DNA of 64,000 nucleotides from Tubiluchus corallicola (Eukaryota > Animalia > Priapulida), in NCBI GenBank assembly GCA_030141605.1, contig JAQGDQ010002375.1, forward strand, positions 186,001 to 250,000, in the 5' to 3' direction. The number at the start of each line of letters is the position of its first letter. Position 1 is the stretch's first letter. Shown piece after piece: positions 12,124-37,300 of the stretch. Made by a program: the position numbers and the translations under genes. The notes under the pieces were generated by a model. The model was not told the DNA's origin, made no database searches, and worked only from the letters and a program-made list of their open reading frames with translations.

Positions 12124-15100
12124 ATGTTGCCGAAAGTAAAGTATAGCCGAATTCCAACGGAAGAGAATTCTACAGATGAGGAAAGAATCTCTTTTGATTA
12201 TGGCTCTTCAACTGATTTTTCTTCGTCATTCTCGTATGGCAGTAAGAGCAAGTTTGGCAGTCTAGGTGGAGAATTCAAGTCTGCTTTTTCATACAGTAGA
12301 ATTGATAATGAAACTAGAGGTTCAACAAGCTACCAAAGAAGTAAGACAGTTTGCATTTACATTTTTAAGTTTGGATATTCAAAATTTAAATAGGCATTGT
12401 ACTGAATTACAAGTTGTGTGTCGATTATTGTTTCTTTTTGAATGTTATTTCAGAATTATTGAATTACTAATAACGAAAACATACATTGGCAAAATGAGTT
12501 ATGACTTAACTACAACTATTACGCAAAGTACTTCAATTAATTAACATGTGTATTTGTACAAATAAGTGAAATAATCAATAACTAAACTAATAACGTTAAA
12601 ACCTATATTTACATCAGACAAAATATGACCGCCCATCATTCCTTATTGTTGTTTATGTATGGTATGGAGTTGCAGTTTATATAAGGTAACTAGGACTTAC
12701 ACGTCTAGACTATATATTATATACAAGGCTGTAGAAGACATAAAGCTACAGTGCCTTGGATCTCCACATTTAAAGTGTTATCTTGGTTAGGGATGTTAAC
12801 AATAACTGTATGTATCGACAACGATGAAACAATTTTTTGTATCGATGTGATAATCAATAATTATTGATTTGTTTTTATCGTTATCATATCGATATTTTCT
12901 CAGGAATATCGTTATAGTTTTGAATTTGACACGTATTGTTGCTTATCACGTATCTTTATAAAATTGTTTCACCTTTCTTTTCCACTTATTTACAGTAATT
13001 AAGCAAAGAAGTGGAAAAAATAATGGTTTAAAATTGGGCCGTATAAGCTTGTCAGATGCCGAATCATTTTCTTGTATTTTTGCTTTACAATAATGGCTAT
13101 TTTCATTCTGAATCATACTGACAAAGTATAGAGACCCCTTTTTACACTTTGATACTGACGAGTGAATGTCAAATATACTATACCGTATTTTTAGTATCAT
13201 TTTCCTGGTTGTGTGCAGCTCGCATAAATCAATGTTTTTATCGCAGTAATATGTTTATCTGTCGTGGCTTACTTATTTATAAATAATTATAACAAACAAA
13301 CTTTTGTTTCACAACTAGCAGCCACTTAAGTATACAGCACACTGAGTGCTCTGAAGCGCTTAATAATTTTAATTATTAATAATACTTTTCTGTTTTTGCA
13401 TAAATTGTCTTAGTTACAGTATCTATCTTATCATATCGTATCGTCTAAAAAATAGTTTATCATTATCGTATCGTTGGAAAAAAGTATCATATCGTATTGC
13501 CAAATTTGTATCATTTAACATCTGTAATCTTGGCAGAGGTTTTGAGAGCCTATCGTAGTGTTAATTAATACTATGCTACTTTACTGTGCATTCCTTAACT
13601 ATCGATAAATGACAGAAAGTTTTATGACTCCTAACATATTCAGAAGTGCACTTTCAAAAATGCAGCCCTACTCTAGAAAAGATGGTCGGAAAAATTTACA
13701 TGCAAACTCTGTGTAAAATTTTGCATATTTCAGTAATTGGTTATAGACATCGATCAATAGTCAATTTTTAATTATTATTCGATGATTGATTGACTAAACG
13801 TTACTTGTCATTACCTATCATTAGGTATCATTTGTCTGAGCAGCAAGCTTCTGTTTTTTTTGGAATTAAAAATTTGGTTTTATAAGGGTCTTCTATTTAA
13901 CCGAGGAGCAAACAGTGAGTTGACTTCATATAAAAAATTCCAACTAAACACTGCAACTAGTAGTTGATAATCTGCGGAAGTAGCCAAAATTTTCAGCTTA
14001 CTAAGTTTAAGTTAAATGTGATAGTATCATTGCTAATATCAGCACGGTTTTGTTCATTAATAAACAAACAAAAATCAACCATTCACTTTGTATGTCACAG
14101 GAAAAGATGGGCCTGTGAAAGTTATGTAGGGAATAAGGAGCTCACAGGAAAAGATGGGCCTATGAAAGTTATGTAAGGAATAAGGAGCTGGGCCAAGCAA
14201 ATTAAAAGTCAGTTAATTAATTTTTATTTTTGGTCAGCAATTTGCCAAAAGTGACTCCGAAATGAACTGCAATTCTTGCTTGTTTCTTGTTCTGCTGTTT
14301 TTATATTTACCAAAATGTCTTAAACATGACTTGTGGAATATAGAGATACGTGAACATATTTATACTGGATTGGCTGCCATGCCAAATCGCTTTTACTGTT
14401 TTGTTTTTTTCATTCCATTTCCAGCTCAGTCTTCATTTGCAATACGATGCATTGAAACTGTTATCACTGCTACTTGTTACGTTCTGTTAGTTGCTGTTGC
14501 TCCATTGTCTTTAATCTTCTGTCTGAAGGTGAGTTTATTACAACTAACTAAGTAACTAAGTTACATGTGAGCCAACCGTTACTGCTGAACAAAATTTTTT
14601 TCATTTTTTTTTGAAGTTTTAAAGTTACGGTTTGTGTGTTAATATATATGTTAGTACTTTATATATATGTTTTATTACTTTAACAAAAAAAAAATGTGTG
14701 TTACATATTGAAATGATTAATTAGCATAATAAGTAGTATAATTATTATCTAATTTCAATTGGTTATCTGCTTTGTTTGTTGAACTTATTATTAATTTATT
14801 TAGTATTAATTAATTACTAAGATATAATGGTTTTGTTGCATATTAGATTTTTATGCCTTGCAGAAATTAAAACAACATGAACGTGCTGTAGTGTACAGAC
14901 TTGGTCACTTGAAAGCTCCACCAAAGGGTCCTGGCTACATTGTCATATTTCCGTTAATAGACCGATGGTCAAAAGTTGATCTCAGGGTTAGAGCGTTTAA
15001 CATTCCTCCACAGCAGGTACAAAAATTTTGTTTTTTTCTTTACAGTAACAGGTAAACAAATGTTAAGATTCATCATATTAATTTAAATTTCCAAATTGTG

Positions 15101-18100
15101 CATGTTTTGGGTGTGAAAGAAAATTTTATTGTGACTTTTGAGGTATCTGTTATTTGCTAAAGGAGTTATGTGGCTGTTTGTTTTTTTGCTGTTTTTACTT
15201 TATTCTGTAAATTACGCATCTTATTTGAATTTTTTGTTGTTCATCATCATTTGCAACTAATCTTTAAAGTTCTTTTAACAAAAGTCATTATAGTTATTAC
15301 AAAAATATAATTATGTCTATGTAATTTTCTACTAAGGTGTTGACAGATGATGAAGGTATAATTGAAGTTGGTGCAGACGTGTACTTTCGTATCAGTGATG
15401 CTGTACTTTCCACGTACACTGTGCAAGATCTCAATCATTCCACGCGTGTTCTGGCTCAGACCACACTCACTTCCATCCTACAAAAGAAGTCTGTCGTTGA
15501 CATTGAGACAGAGAAAATGCTTGTAGCACAAAAACTTATAGAAGAAGTGAATAAGCTAACAAAAGCATGGGGAGTGGAGATAGGACGAGCAGAACTGTGA
15601 GTGCTGCAGTTCAAACAAATTTATGATTTGCTAATGCTATACCATAGATATAGTATTATATCATTAAAGGACAACCGGACGATTGCGTAGGCATTAGTTC
15701 AAAATAAAATATGCTCTAAAATATTGAAAACTACAGTAACTTTTTTTAAATCAAAGCTTAGATTAAATAATAATTACCTCGGATAGTTAAAAATTTGTTG
15801 AACTTTCAAAGCTACGCGCGGTTCAGCAAATCCTCTAAGACTGGCAATGGTGCCTGTTTGTCAAACTTGCATGGCCGACATATAGGTGCTGTCCCGTGAT
15901 AAGCATGATCATGAGCTGCAGTGTTCATCTGTGACGTCAGTGTAACATAGAGCTCATTTTCATGACATCACATCAGCGTCTTATAGCAATCTTCGCTTAC
16001 GCAAACATGCTTACCATTGCACAAACTGTGGTTAGTTTGTGATGTAAGTGATAGCTGTGTTCGGTTCCCGTTAATTAACTTTCCAAAGCAATTGTTCAAA
16101 TACTAGAAACAACTGCTAGCTTTTATATGCAAGAAAATGTATATTTTGGACAGTAAATTAAAATGCGATCATGTCTACTCAATCGTCCGATTTTCCTTTA
16201 ACTATAATTCTCGTGCTTATAGTATATCATTTTTTTTGGAAATGTGGGAGTATGCTATAACTATGTTAATATATCCTCAAACTATTTTTGTCAAATTTGT
16301 TTGTTCACTGTATTGTCAAGACTTACGATCTGCACCTTGTCGGAATATTGTGATGTGCTGCATTCGGAGCACCATATTTTTCCTGAAAACTTTGATTGCA
16401 TTCAAGTTTTAAGCCTTGCCAAAAAGGTTTACACTCTGTGTTTGACCATAACTCAGATGTTGGCAGTAAACAAAGCAGTAGGGAGTATAGAAGAAGATAT
16501 TTAAATACTCGAAGCATCTGTAGTGTTGTCCCCAGTAAGATATTATTGCAAATGCTTATGATAAATGATAAGGTGGATGATATTAAACAAATTTTCTGTT
16601 TTTTGATCTTCTAGGTCACATGTAAAAATCATCAAAGAGCCACCGCCTGCACACCAGAAACTGGTATCATTGTTTCAGGACTTGATAGGTAGCGGCTGTA
16701 GTTCGCCTATGACAAATCTGTTGACGGAACTTGCTGAGAAACCAAAGAATTTTCAAACAGCGGGTAAGCCTATACCTAGTACATGGTTGATTGGCTAGGC
16801 ACATGCACTTCAATGTAACATTGACAATATTTATTAGGGTTGCTGACAAACCCGTTGTAGACTTTTGTTGAGATGTTGTTAGGCCAGCTTTTGCACCTCA
16901 ATGCTTGACACAGATAACTTGCTTCTCAGAACAGTATTTTAGTATTACCCACATAATCACACTATGCATAAACTAATTGACAATTGCTAAAACTGGTAGA
17001 CCATATGTAGCTGTGCAAATATGCATTTAGTCATTAGCAAAGAGCAATCACTCAGTAAATATGAGACGTCTTTGTTACATACATACCAAGTGTTTCTTAT
17101 GTTTAAGTAAGAAAAGTTAAATTCTTATAAAATTAACAGTGCATGCACCAAGTGATAACGTCACCATAATTTCGTGCGCAGTACCTGTTTGCAAAAGTAA
17201 AGACTGCAATGTCACACCTCTGCAAAGGGCCTGCTGAGTTATGTGTAAAAATGCATGCTGCTTCTTTTTAAATTTTGACAGTCTGCGTGCTGCTATTTAC
17301 ATATGAGCAGGAAAAGGGAAGATGCAATGCAGCGACCTGTAAAAAACTCTGTTGTTATTTACTTACTTTAGCATCAAATTCATTGCATTCCGATGCTTCG
17401 GTGCCACTCATCACAACCACAGCTCCAGAAGTCACTCCTGAATGGCTGCTGCAGATTGTTAAAAATCACCTCACTGCTGAACTTGTATCTGCGATAAAGA
17501 CAACGTACCAATTCGATGTCTCGGGGACAAATGGAGGCACTTTCTTCTTGGACCTTAAATATGGTAAGTCTGTAAAAGCATCAAAGTTTAATATTTGTTT
17601 CCCAAGAATACTGCCAGGGTCAAGGAGCTCAGAATGTGTTGACACGTCCTTCCACTAACTGCAGTAGCCCAGTTTTTTAAATTATGATGTTTTTAGGCCA
17701 AAAGCCGGAGTATTTTTCAGTAGCTCCATTTGAATAAGCTTCGCTACTCAGTATGCACAGTACAGCTTTAACTCCTCGGTAGACACCGCATACCATTGAT
17801 CCATCTGTTAAAGGAAACCAAATGATTGTGTAAACACGAGTTCAGAATAAAGAATGCTCTAAAATATTGAAAACTACAATAGCTTATTTTAAATCAAAGC
17901 TTAAATTAAATAAAAATTACCTCGAATACTCAAATTTCGTTAAACTTTCAAAGCTACGCACGGCTCAGTGAATCTACTTGGATTGGCAGCGGCGCCTTTT
18001 TGTCATGTGCGCGTGGCCGACAAATAGAAGGCAATACCGTGATAACCATGATCATGAACTGCTGTGTTAGTTTCATGACGTCATATGATGTAAAGCCCAT

Positions 18101-18903
18101 TTTAGATGATATCATGCGTTTAAGCAGTACTGTAACATCTATGCAAATGTGCTTGACGTGCAAGGGAAGATGTCTGCCATTGCACAATTTTGGTTAGTTT
18201 CTGACATAAGCAATAGCTGTGTTCAGTTGCCGTTAATTAAACTTTCTAAACTTATTATTCAAATATAAGGAACAATTGTTAACTTTTATAGGCAAGAAAT
18301 GTATATTTTGGACAGAAAATTAAAATGAGATTGAGTCATAGCAATCGTCCGGTCTTCCTTTAATTGCCTGAATGGTGACTTACTGTAAATGATTCATGTA
18401 ATGTTTGCTGATTTGGATAGGAAAAATACTCGGTCATTTTTCACTGTAAATTTTTGTGTTCAATGTTTTTCTGAACAAGTCTTTTTAATAATTTATAAAA
18501 TAAATATCAAGTTAATTTTTGAATTCTTAATGTTTAAGAGGTTGTATTATTTGATGTGAGTAGTGCAGCCATTTATGAAGGTGGTGTGAAGGTGTAATTT
18601 AAAATATCTTGGTTCTTTTGTTCATAAAAATTTCGTATAAGTTGTTGTTTGCCAATAACTAATAACTATAAACTCTTGAAAACTGTAAATTTTTCTAAAG
18701 GATCAGGTGATGCCGGTACAGGGCCACTTCGGTCAGGTAACCCAGACGTCACGTTTCAGTTGACACGGGACTATCTTCATCAGATGTTGACAGGTCACGT
18801 GAAGCCAATAGATGCGTACATGAATGGACGACTAGGCATTGTGGGTAATCTTCAAGATGCTGTTCGCCTGAAGACTTTGCTGGATGTAATAAGTTCAAAA
18901 TGA
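12124..18903 (+). CDS. STOML1: Stomatin-like protein 1 (hydrophobic hairpin, SPFH domain, C-terminal SCP2 sterol-binding domain)
   Basis: Seven coding exons with GT-AG junctions and consistent phases: 12124-12340, 14425-14528, 14864-15016, 15337-15596, 16615-16763, 17372-17563, 18701-18903. SPFH motifs ERAVVYRLG, KGPG, VDLRVRAFNIPPQ, WGVEI. SCP2 motifs GGTFFLDLK, PDVTF, AYMNGRL. Confidence 0.93.
12788..13526. mobile_element. hAT-like MITE in STOML1 intron
   Basis: TIRs TAGGGATGTTAA...TTAACATCTGTA; TSD ATCTTGGT / ATCTTGGC (7 of 8 match); subterminal TATCG repeats. Confidence 0.7.
14095..14189. repeat. Two-copy tandem duplication of about 47 bp
   Basis: TCACAGGAAAAGATGGGCCTRTGAAAGTTATGTARGGAATAAGGAGC occurs twice. 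Confidence 0.9.
15668..16197. mobile_element. TTAA-flanked Kolobok-like MITE
   Basis: TTAA|AGGACAACCGGACGATTG...CAATCGTCCGATTTTCCT|TTAA; closely similar to 17812-18359. Confidence 0.8.
17812..18359. mobile_element. TTAA-flanked Kolobok-like MITE, second copy in the same orientation
   Basis: TTAA|AGGAAACCAAATGATTG...CAATCGTCCGGTCTTCCT|TTAA; aligns along its length with 15668-16197. Confidence 0.8.
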
Positions 18904-20589
18904 GTACTGTGCAGTAGTGACGAGGAAAGCCAAACGAGAAACTACTTGTATATATTTTAGCTGTTATCTAGTCAGTCAGCTCAAGCACAATAAGTGAGCT
19001 CAGAGATTATCGAGATTGTGTTTTCTATTGAGCAATGTGATCAACATGCAGTTCTTATATGCATTGTTATTTATAGCATCTTTAAATTAGATATATTTAT
19101 GATGGATTCGATTTTGTTGTCACAATGTGTGATTATCGTTAAATGTAGGATTTTATAGTTACTAAATAAACTGATCATTTTTAATCCTTGATAACTACGA
19201 CAGAGCATACATAAATGGTTTTTGAGTTGTCTGAATGTGGTCTGTGGTGCAAAACACATTGTGTTTCACCACATTTATGCCAGACTGTTACTACAACTGC
19301 TGCAAAACAAATTCAAGTCTAGCAGCTGTTATGTCTAATTGCTACTATTTCAATTCACATTCACAACTAACCAAGATAATTGCTGTTTCATAGTTTCATT
19401 GTATCATACTAATTTTATTCTTGCAAAATTTTTAAATTAAAGTATAGCTATATAATGGTAAGCATACCTAATTTCACAGCTGAACTTGCAATAATACAGA
19501 TTTAACACTTATCCTTGCAGATTTTTATTTTAATATAATTTTACAAAATTCCTTTCTTAATTTATAGATTCTAAGTAAAAATAAACCAGTTAAATTCAAA
19601 ACAATTGGTCTTACTGTGAAAACGAAACAGTTGCTCGGTTTGGTGTGATGTAGCTTGAACAGAAAATTAAATAATGTGATTGAGACATAGCGTGATTGTA
19701 TAAAATTACTTATTATATATGTAGGCTTGTTTAAAAGAAGTGACATGTTGTGCACAAGTTTTTAGTTATTGATGTAGATCAGCACCAATTTATGACTACT
19801 TGGCCAGTTATCATTTTTTGTTAAGCAACATCGTATAAATTTGACCACAGGACTATTTAGCCACTTGTTACCATTTTCTTAAACTATTTTTCATTAAAAT
19901 CTTGGAAAACTTCAATAGTGCACTTTTTATATTGTTTGAATGGATGTCATGTTACAAAATACCCTAAAACCACAGCAAAAAATGCTACAAGTAGAACATA
20001 ATGCTAACAAAGAGGTCATTAATGACAAGTATTGATACGATGAAGATAAAAGAAACAAAATATGACGTTTCAGTCAGCCTGGATCTTTGCGTATTTTTTA
20101 TCGTGGGATTTTTTTATTAATAATGATACTGTTTTTGTATGGTGTGTCTTAAGCATTGTACCATAACAGCAAAGGCAAAAAACTTCTTATGACATATTGA
20201 GAAAAATAGAAAATAAATCCATAGCGCATTGTATAAAACTACATTTATTATAAATGTTTATCACCTTCAAACTTAAACTCAATTCATAAGCATTACACTG
20301 GTTAATATATTCAGTCATTTTAATTTAGACATTTTATATAGGGCTTACAGCATTCCAAAAAGTAACATAACTTCGACAAACAATGATATATGCCTGTAGG
20401 CCAACTTTATCCGGCACCGGGAAATTAACTTACAGGATTAAATATTCTGCAAGTCAATGAAAGCATATTGCACATGCACAATGAAATTACTACGCAAAAA
20501 TGTTAATTAGATCTAGATTAATATGATTCATATTTTTATAATAATTAAGATATAAATTACTATCACAAAATTTATTGATTTAGTGCATC

Positions 20590-31919
<11,330 letters not shown>

Positions 31920-32264
31920 TTTCTTAGCAACGTGCCTATTATCAACACTAGCTAACGTTCTATCCTCTTCCTTAAGATAACTCGACCAGATAGGAACTTT
32001 TATTTACGGGCTGAAGTGCCGATGAGTTACGGTACGATTTTCGTTCAACATAACTCTGATTCTCTGTGATAATCGTCTGCAGACGATTTAGCTGCAACTA
32101 GACCTGAACACGCGGACAAAGAAACCGCTGATATCACACGGTCAACGCATGACCAAAAGCTGCTTCAACTTTCCAACTAACTACACAGATCCTACACACA
32201 TGATTGACAACTTCACCGATGCTCAACAAACTTCTAACACAAAGCGTGTGCAAACTGTGCAAAT

Positions 32265-32360
32265 ACGGGAAACGTGCGTCACGCGTGCAGCTCTGTAGCT
32301 CCGCCCATTTGCTTTCTGCTTGTTCCATCTAGTGAGCAGAGCAAACTACTTTCCTTAAAA
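32265..32360. promoter_or_regulatory. Probable ETNPPL promoter region
   Basis: Locally CpG-rich. Contains GTCACGCGTG, a GC-box CTCCGCCC, CTCF-like CCATCTAGTG and ACTACTTTCC (resembles the ACTACA motif), about 350 bp upstream of the ATG. Inference only. Confidence 0.3.
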
Positions 32361-34300
32361 TATTGTCAGTAAAATAAATGTCAAAGTGGTAAATCTGCAT
32401 TATTTATTTTTCCACGACATTACTACTCCGTGGCGAATTTTATCTGAATTTTTCTTTTAAGAAGACTTGCAGAAAAACATATTTTCAGCAAATAAAATAT
32501 TATTGCACCAGGATAATTATTTTATTATCACAACGATAATGCACACATAATAGAAACAGTAATAATTAATAAAAATAGAAATCTCAGACATAGAAAACCC
32601 GATAAGAATAATTTACAAAGCACAATTTAAAAAGTTTCGAATAATGAAAAGGTACAATTAAAATAGAGATGTGTTCTGTTGTACACTTTTAATGCACAAC
32701 ATCACTAAATTAGTGATACACAGTATTAAAACGCAATAGTTTTTAATTCACTTGAGCTTCCGCATTTTAAACATTTTTCATCTAGGCCTTTTACTGGATT
32801 TTTGGAAAAATTCATGTAATTATCTCTGATGTTTCTCCAAATGCTCTGATAAAGGTTTTATTAAATCTGAAAATTGCAAATCACTGTTTGTGAAAGACTC
32901 GCAAGGTGTAACTGCAAAACAAATTTTCAATGAACAAGTTGAAAATGATTTTATATACTATAATGTATATTCTTAGTGTGCTTCAATGTGGTAGTAATTT
33001 GAATTAAATACATGGTTTCCACAATCCTATTGGGATTATATTCAACGAAGTGGGTTAAATCTTTCACAGACATAACTTGCTATTTTCTTGTACTACTGAA
33101 ATGGGCCTAAAAAGTGGAAAATCATTAAATAGTTTTCATAATTTCAGACTGTCTTCAGTTGCATATCCAAAAATACTGTCTTGCTTATAAACTGTTATTT
33201 ATGTTGATGTTCGGGTAATGTTCACAACCTTGACACTGTCACACTTAGCTTTGTCCCTCCCATGTTGCACTTATGACTTGTATGTCACATGATCATAACA
33301 GTTGGCTGACCTATGTTTAGCCTCTACCATTTGCCAGCGTTAAAATCTATATTGCAGATTATTTGTTCAGTGTATGTAAAAATTATGTAAAAGGTTTATC
33401 TAGTTTATCTAAAATGTTTCTTTTCTACACTTGCTGTAAAACTGTGGAGTGGGCGAGATCTAGATTGTATAGGTCTTGTAGTTGTGTGCCATAAAGGCCC
33501 CAAAGTATCAAAAAAATAAGATTGGAAAATTATTACGACAATATATTAGCCTTTACCTACTATAACTCTATATTTGCGAGACAGTGCATCGATTTGCATA
33601 TAATATTGATTGTTCTTAATTGTTACACAGTAAAAAATAACGTATGCAGCAAACAAGTTACTTTCACAAATTATAATTATGGAGATGCAGAAAAATTGAA
33701 GTTTTCACCATTTCCATTTTCTCACTAATTATACTAACCAGTTTTTATTAATGCATTAGTAAACTAAATTGCTACAGAGCAAATACTGGCCAGTCTGACT
33801 ATTTACTTTGTTATAGCTATAATGATAAGAGCCCAGTTGTAATACTCATCTGATAATGATCAGTGCCCATATCTCTATTCTCAAGCACAAAAATATTTTA
33901 CATTGATCACAGTCACACAGAGATTCTTACTGACTGTTAAAAAAAGCTCTCGCTCACAATGCTTCCTCCTTTTGCCATTAGATACCACCAAGCTGAAGCT
34001 ACACATTTTTATTTTAATTCTAGCCAAGTTATGACACTAGTGTTGCTATGTACCAAAATTAATATTGAACTAACAGTAGCTAAAGTGCTTTTAAAAAGTG
34101 GCCTAAATTAACAACCTCCTGTGAATGTGCTGCCACCTACACTAAATTTTTGTCATTTAAAGTCTAGCAGAAACACGTAATAGATACATGATAACTTAAA
34201 AAGTCAAAAGTCATTAATACTGCACAATTGATAAAAACCCTGTTACTTTACAATGTTGTGTTAGCCTATAACTTTGAAATGAGCTTAAAAATAATTAGCG

Positions 34301-37300
34301 TCACAAGTCCAAGAATGATGTCAACACAATCTGATGCCTCTCCAACATGGCTTTCATTTCAGCACTCTTGAGCACTCGCACTTCGTGTTCTCTGTCGGAT
34401 GATTGTGCAAAACTGTCTGGAATGCCAGGGCATGTCCCAGCACCTGAAATGGCTCTGTATCCGGGATGTACCATTAGTTCACAAATGAAAGGATGAGAAA
34501 GATGTTTAGCTCGAGCATACATAGACGAGATTGCACTTTCTATGTTATGTACGCTCGAAAACTGAGACATTGTTGAAATGCCAACAAAACCATCTGGAAA
34601 TCTGGGAGAAAATAAAACAACTCCATGTTAAAGAATGAACTGTTTCTTTACCACAGCAGTTTTCAAGCATTGTTTAAGCAGAATGATGATAGGGAAAACA
34701 AATTCTCAGAACGAAAATAACAGCCAGCACCCACTTAAGCAAAGACACGACTTTATTCATATACAAACATCTGAAATGTTTCGACCAGTTATGGTCATCT
34801 TCATGCAACAATACACCTGAATAAAAATAGTGTATAAAAATTGCAAAAATCAACATTGTGTGATTTATTTGTGTAGTTTGCTTCGCACAATATTGATTTT
34901 TGTAATTTTTCTACCCTGCATTTTATTTAGGTGGAATGAGTGAAACATTGCAGAAGTTTATATGCTGAATAAAACCTATGTCTTTGTTTAAGTGGGTGCT
35001 GGGCGTTACTTTGACTTTGATGACCAATTGGTCCTTCGTTTTCTATATATATATATAAGAAAGTGTCAGGGGTGCAGGAAAAAGGAAAGCGAAGGACCAA
35101 TTGGTCATCAAAGTCAGCTACCCTGAACCAGGAGTTACCAACAGTAGTAATTTCATTTAGTGCCTCACAGGAAGATAAAAAGCAATATAGTAATAATAGG
35201 AAGATATTAAAGAATCTCTTTCAAACCTTATATTGTTCAACTTGAAAATTGGAGCACATCGTGCAGCGTTATCTGATACAGTTTTAAAAAACAATGAATT
35301 TTTGTATGCTCCATCTACCATTTGAGAATGTTTGTTAAGCAGCTCCAATTCTAGAGGGAGTCTTACTCGACTTATGCCATACTTGTGTAGCTCATCTACT
35401 AATATATCACAGATCTCTGAAAAAAAACAGCATTCAACAAAAAGATGTGATAGTAATAATTTAAAAAAATTAGTTGTACATATTTTAAGGTTGAAAGCTA
35501 CAAAAAGAACTATAAAGCTAGTTTTCAGTACTGAATAGGAGGTGATACACTAATAACTACAAAGTTAGTTTTCAGTATTGAATAGGAGGTGATACACTAC
35601 ATAGATTCACTCTACAAACGAACTAGGATTACCTATAGTTTATTAAATTCTGAAACATAGTATGTAAAGAGTAGCACAGTCAGTGACTTTAGTAAACAGA
35701 ACTGCACCTACAAACATTTTGACTATACAATTAGTACATATATATATCAGAGAACTCGTATGCTGTATGTTATGTTATAATGCGTTAATATAGCATTAGC
35801 AGTGCGACAGGTTTGGTCATGTGGCCATGTAGAATTCAGCTAGAAGATGCCAAACAGGTCAGTCTGTCAACTAAGCACGAGTAGTTTGCTACCTCACTCA
35901 GCACTATTATTGTCTTGTTTTGGTTTCTTCTGTATTCTTTAAATTCCTTCAAGTCTTTTAGTTTTCCATAATCTTTTTAAACACTTTTTTTCTGCTCTTT
36001 CAGTGCTTTGGCAGGTTTCAAGCCATTAGAAACCACTTAAATAATTAAAATTATGTTTTATTATAAAAATGTTAAGAACTAAAATCACAGAATGAAAAAG
36101 ATCATTCAAGAAGTAGGTTATTTGGATCAAAAGAAAAATAAAATGAATAAGAAAACTAAATTTCTCTGGTATCATTTACCTGGTATCACATGAACATGTT
36201 GATGACCGTCAACATGATTTGGATAACAACCAACTAGCTGATAAAACCTCTCAATTTGAGCTCGAATCTCTCTTCTTACCTGCAACAAAAATGCCTTTTG
36301 GTGCAAGTTAAGTTTGAAAAAATGAAGCAGTTGTTATAACAACACGTTCAGACTAGCGAGTTTTCTTGCCAAGTAACTAGCTTGTTTAATTAGTGCCAGA
36401 CAGTTTGCAATTTCTTGCTGACAGGAACTAGCAAAGCAGTTCCACTTGCAAGTTTGCTGTCAGAGAAAAAATGTGCTAGTTTGAACGTTCCATAAGACAG
36501 TAAAAGTTTGTTCTGTTTAGAAGATCGAGAAGAGTCTCTATTGTTAAATTATAATAGATAACGAAACCAACTGTAGTTTAACTCTCATATTCAGCTTCAA
36601 AACAGAAGGTCTTGTAAGACTCCCATTCAGATTAAACTTACTATTTCCAAAAAAAAATATTTGCCAAAATGTGAAATTACTTTACTGAAGTACACTGGCA
36701 CTCCAAGAAAAATAATTACAAGAAAAGTAGTTCCTAAACTTGAAACCTGAAAATGATCTTCCTACCAAACTGAGAGAGTTACTTCCAGACAGAGAATGGA
36801 CAACGGTAATCCACGCAAGATGAAGCTTATACATTTTGCACGGTTAAAAACACAAGATTTTGTTAAAACATATCAGGGCAGTAGGTCAACACCAAACACA
36901 CAAAAACGGTACCTCGTCACAAATAATCTCATTTCTTTTACAAGCTTCATAGAATTTGTCCTTGCCACGCATGAAGCCATTATTTCCAAGAAGAGATGAA
37001 ACCAGTGATGTTGTTTCTACTGGTTTGCCTTCAGTCAGGTTCAAGTGCAAACCTAGAAGAAGAAAGACGACTAATTAAACTAACAAAAATGAGAATCAGC
37101 TTTGTTCTCACGTTACAACAGACATGTTCGGTTAACATTTTGAATGAAACGCAATAAAAATAAGGACTGTCTTTGCTAGAATGTTACTTCTTTTCAGAGT
37201 AAATGATGCAGAGTTTTCTCTAAAATTCACTTAATTTGACATAGTAGCCCTGATCCCCCTCCCCTAGAAGCAACGCTCCAACAATCTTTTTCAAAGTAAT

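Noticed and set aside
14095-14189. Short direct repeats here, at about 35515-35600 and at 56059-56114 considered as CRISPR-like arrays
   Set aside because: Simple two-copy tandem duplications without a repeat-spacer series, in a eukaryotic context.
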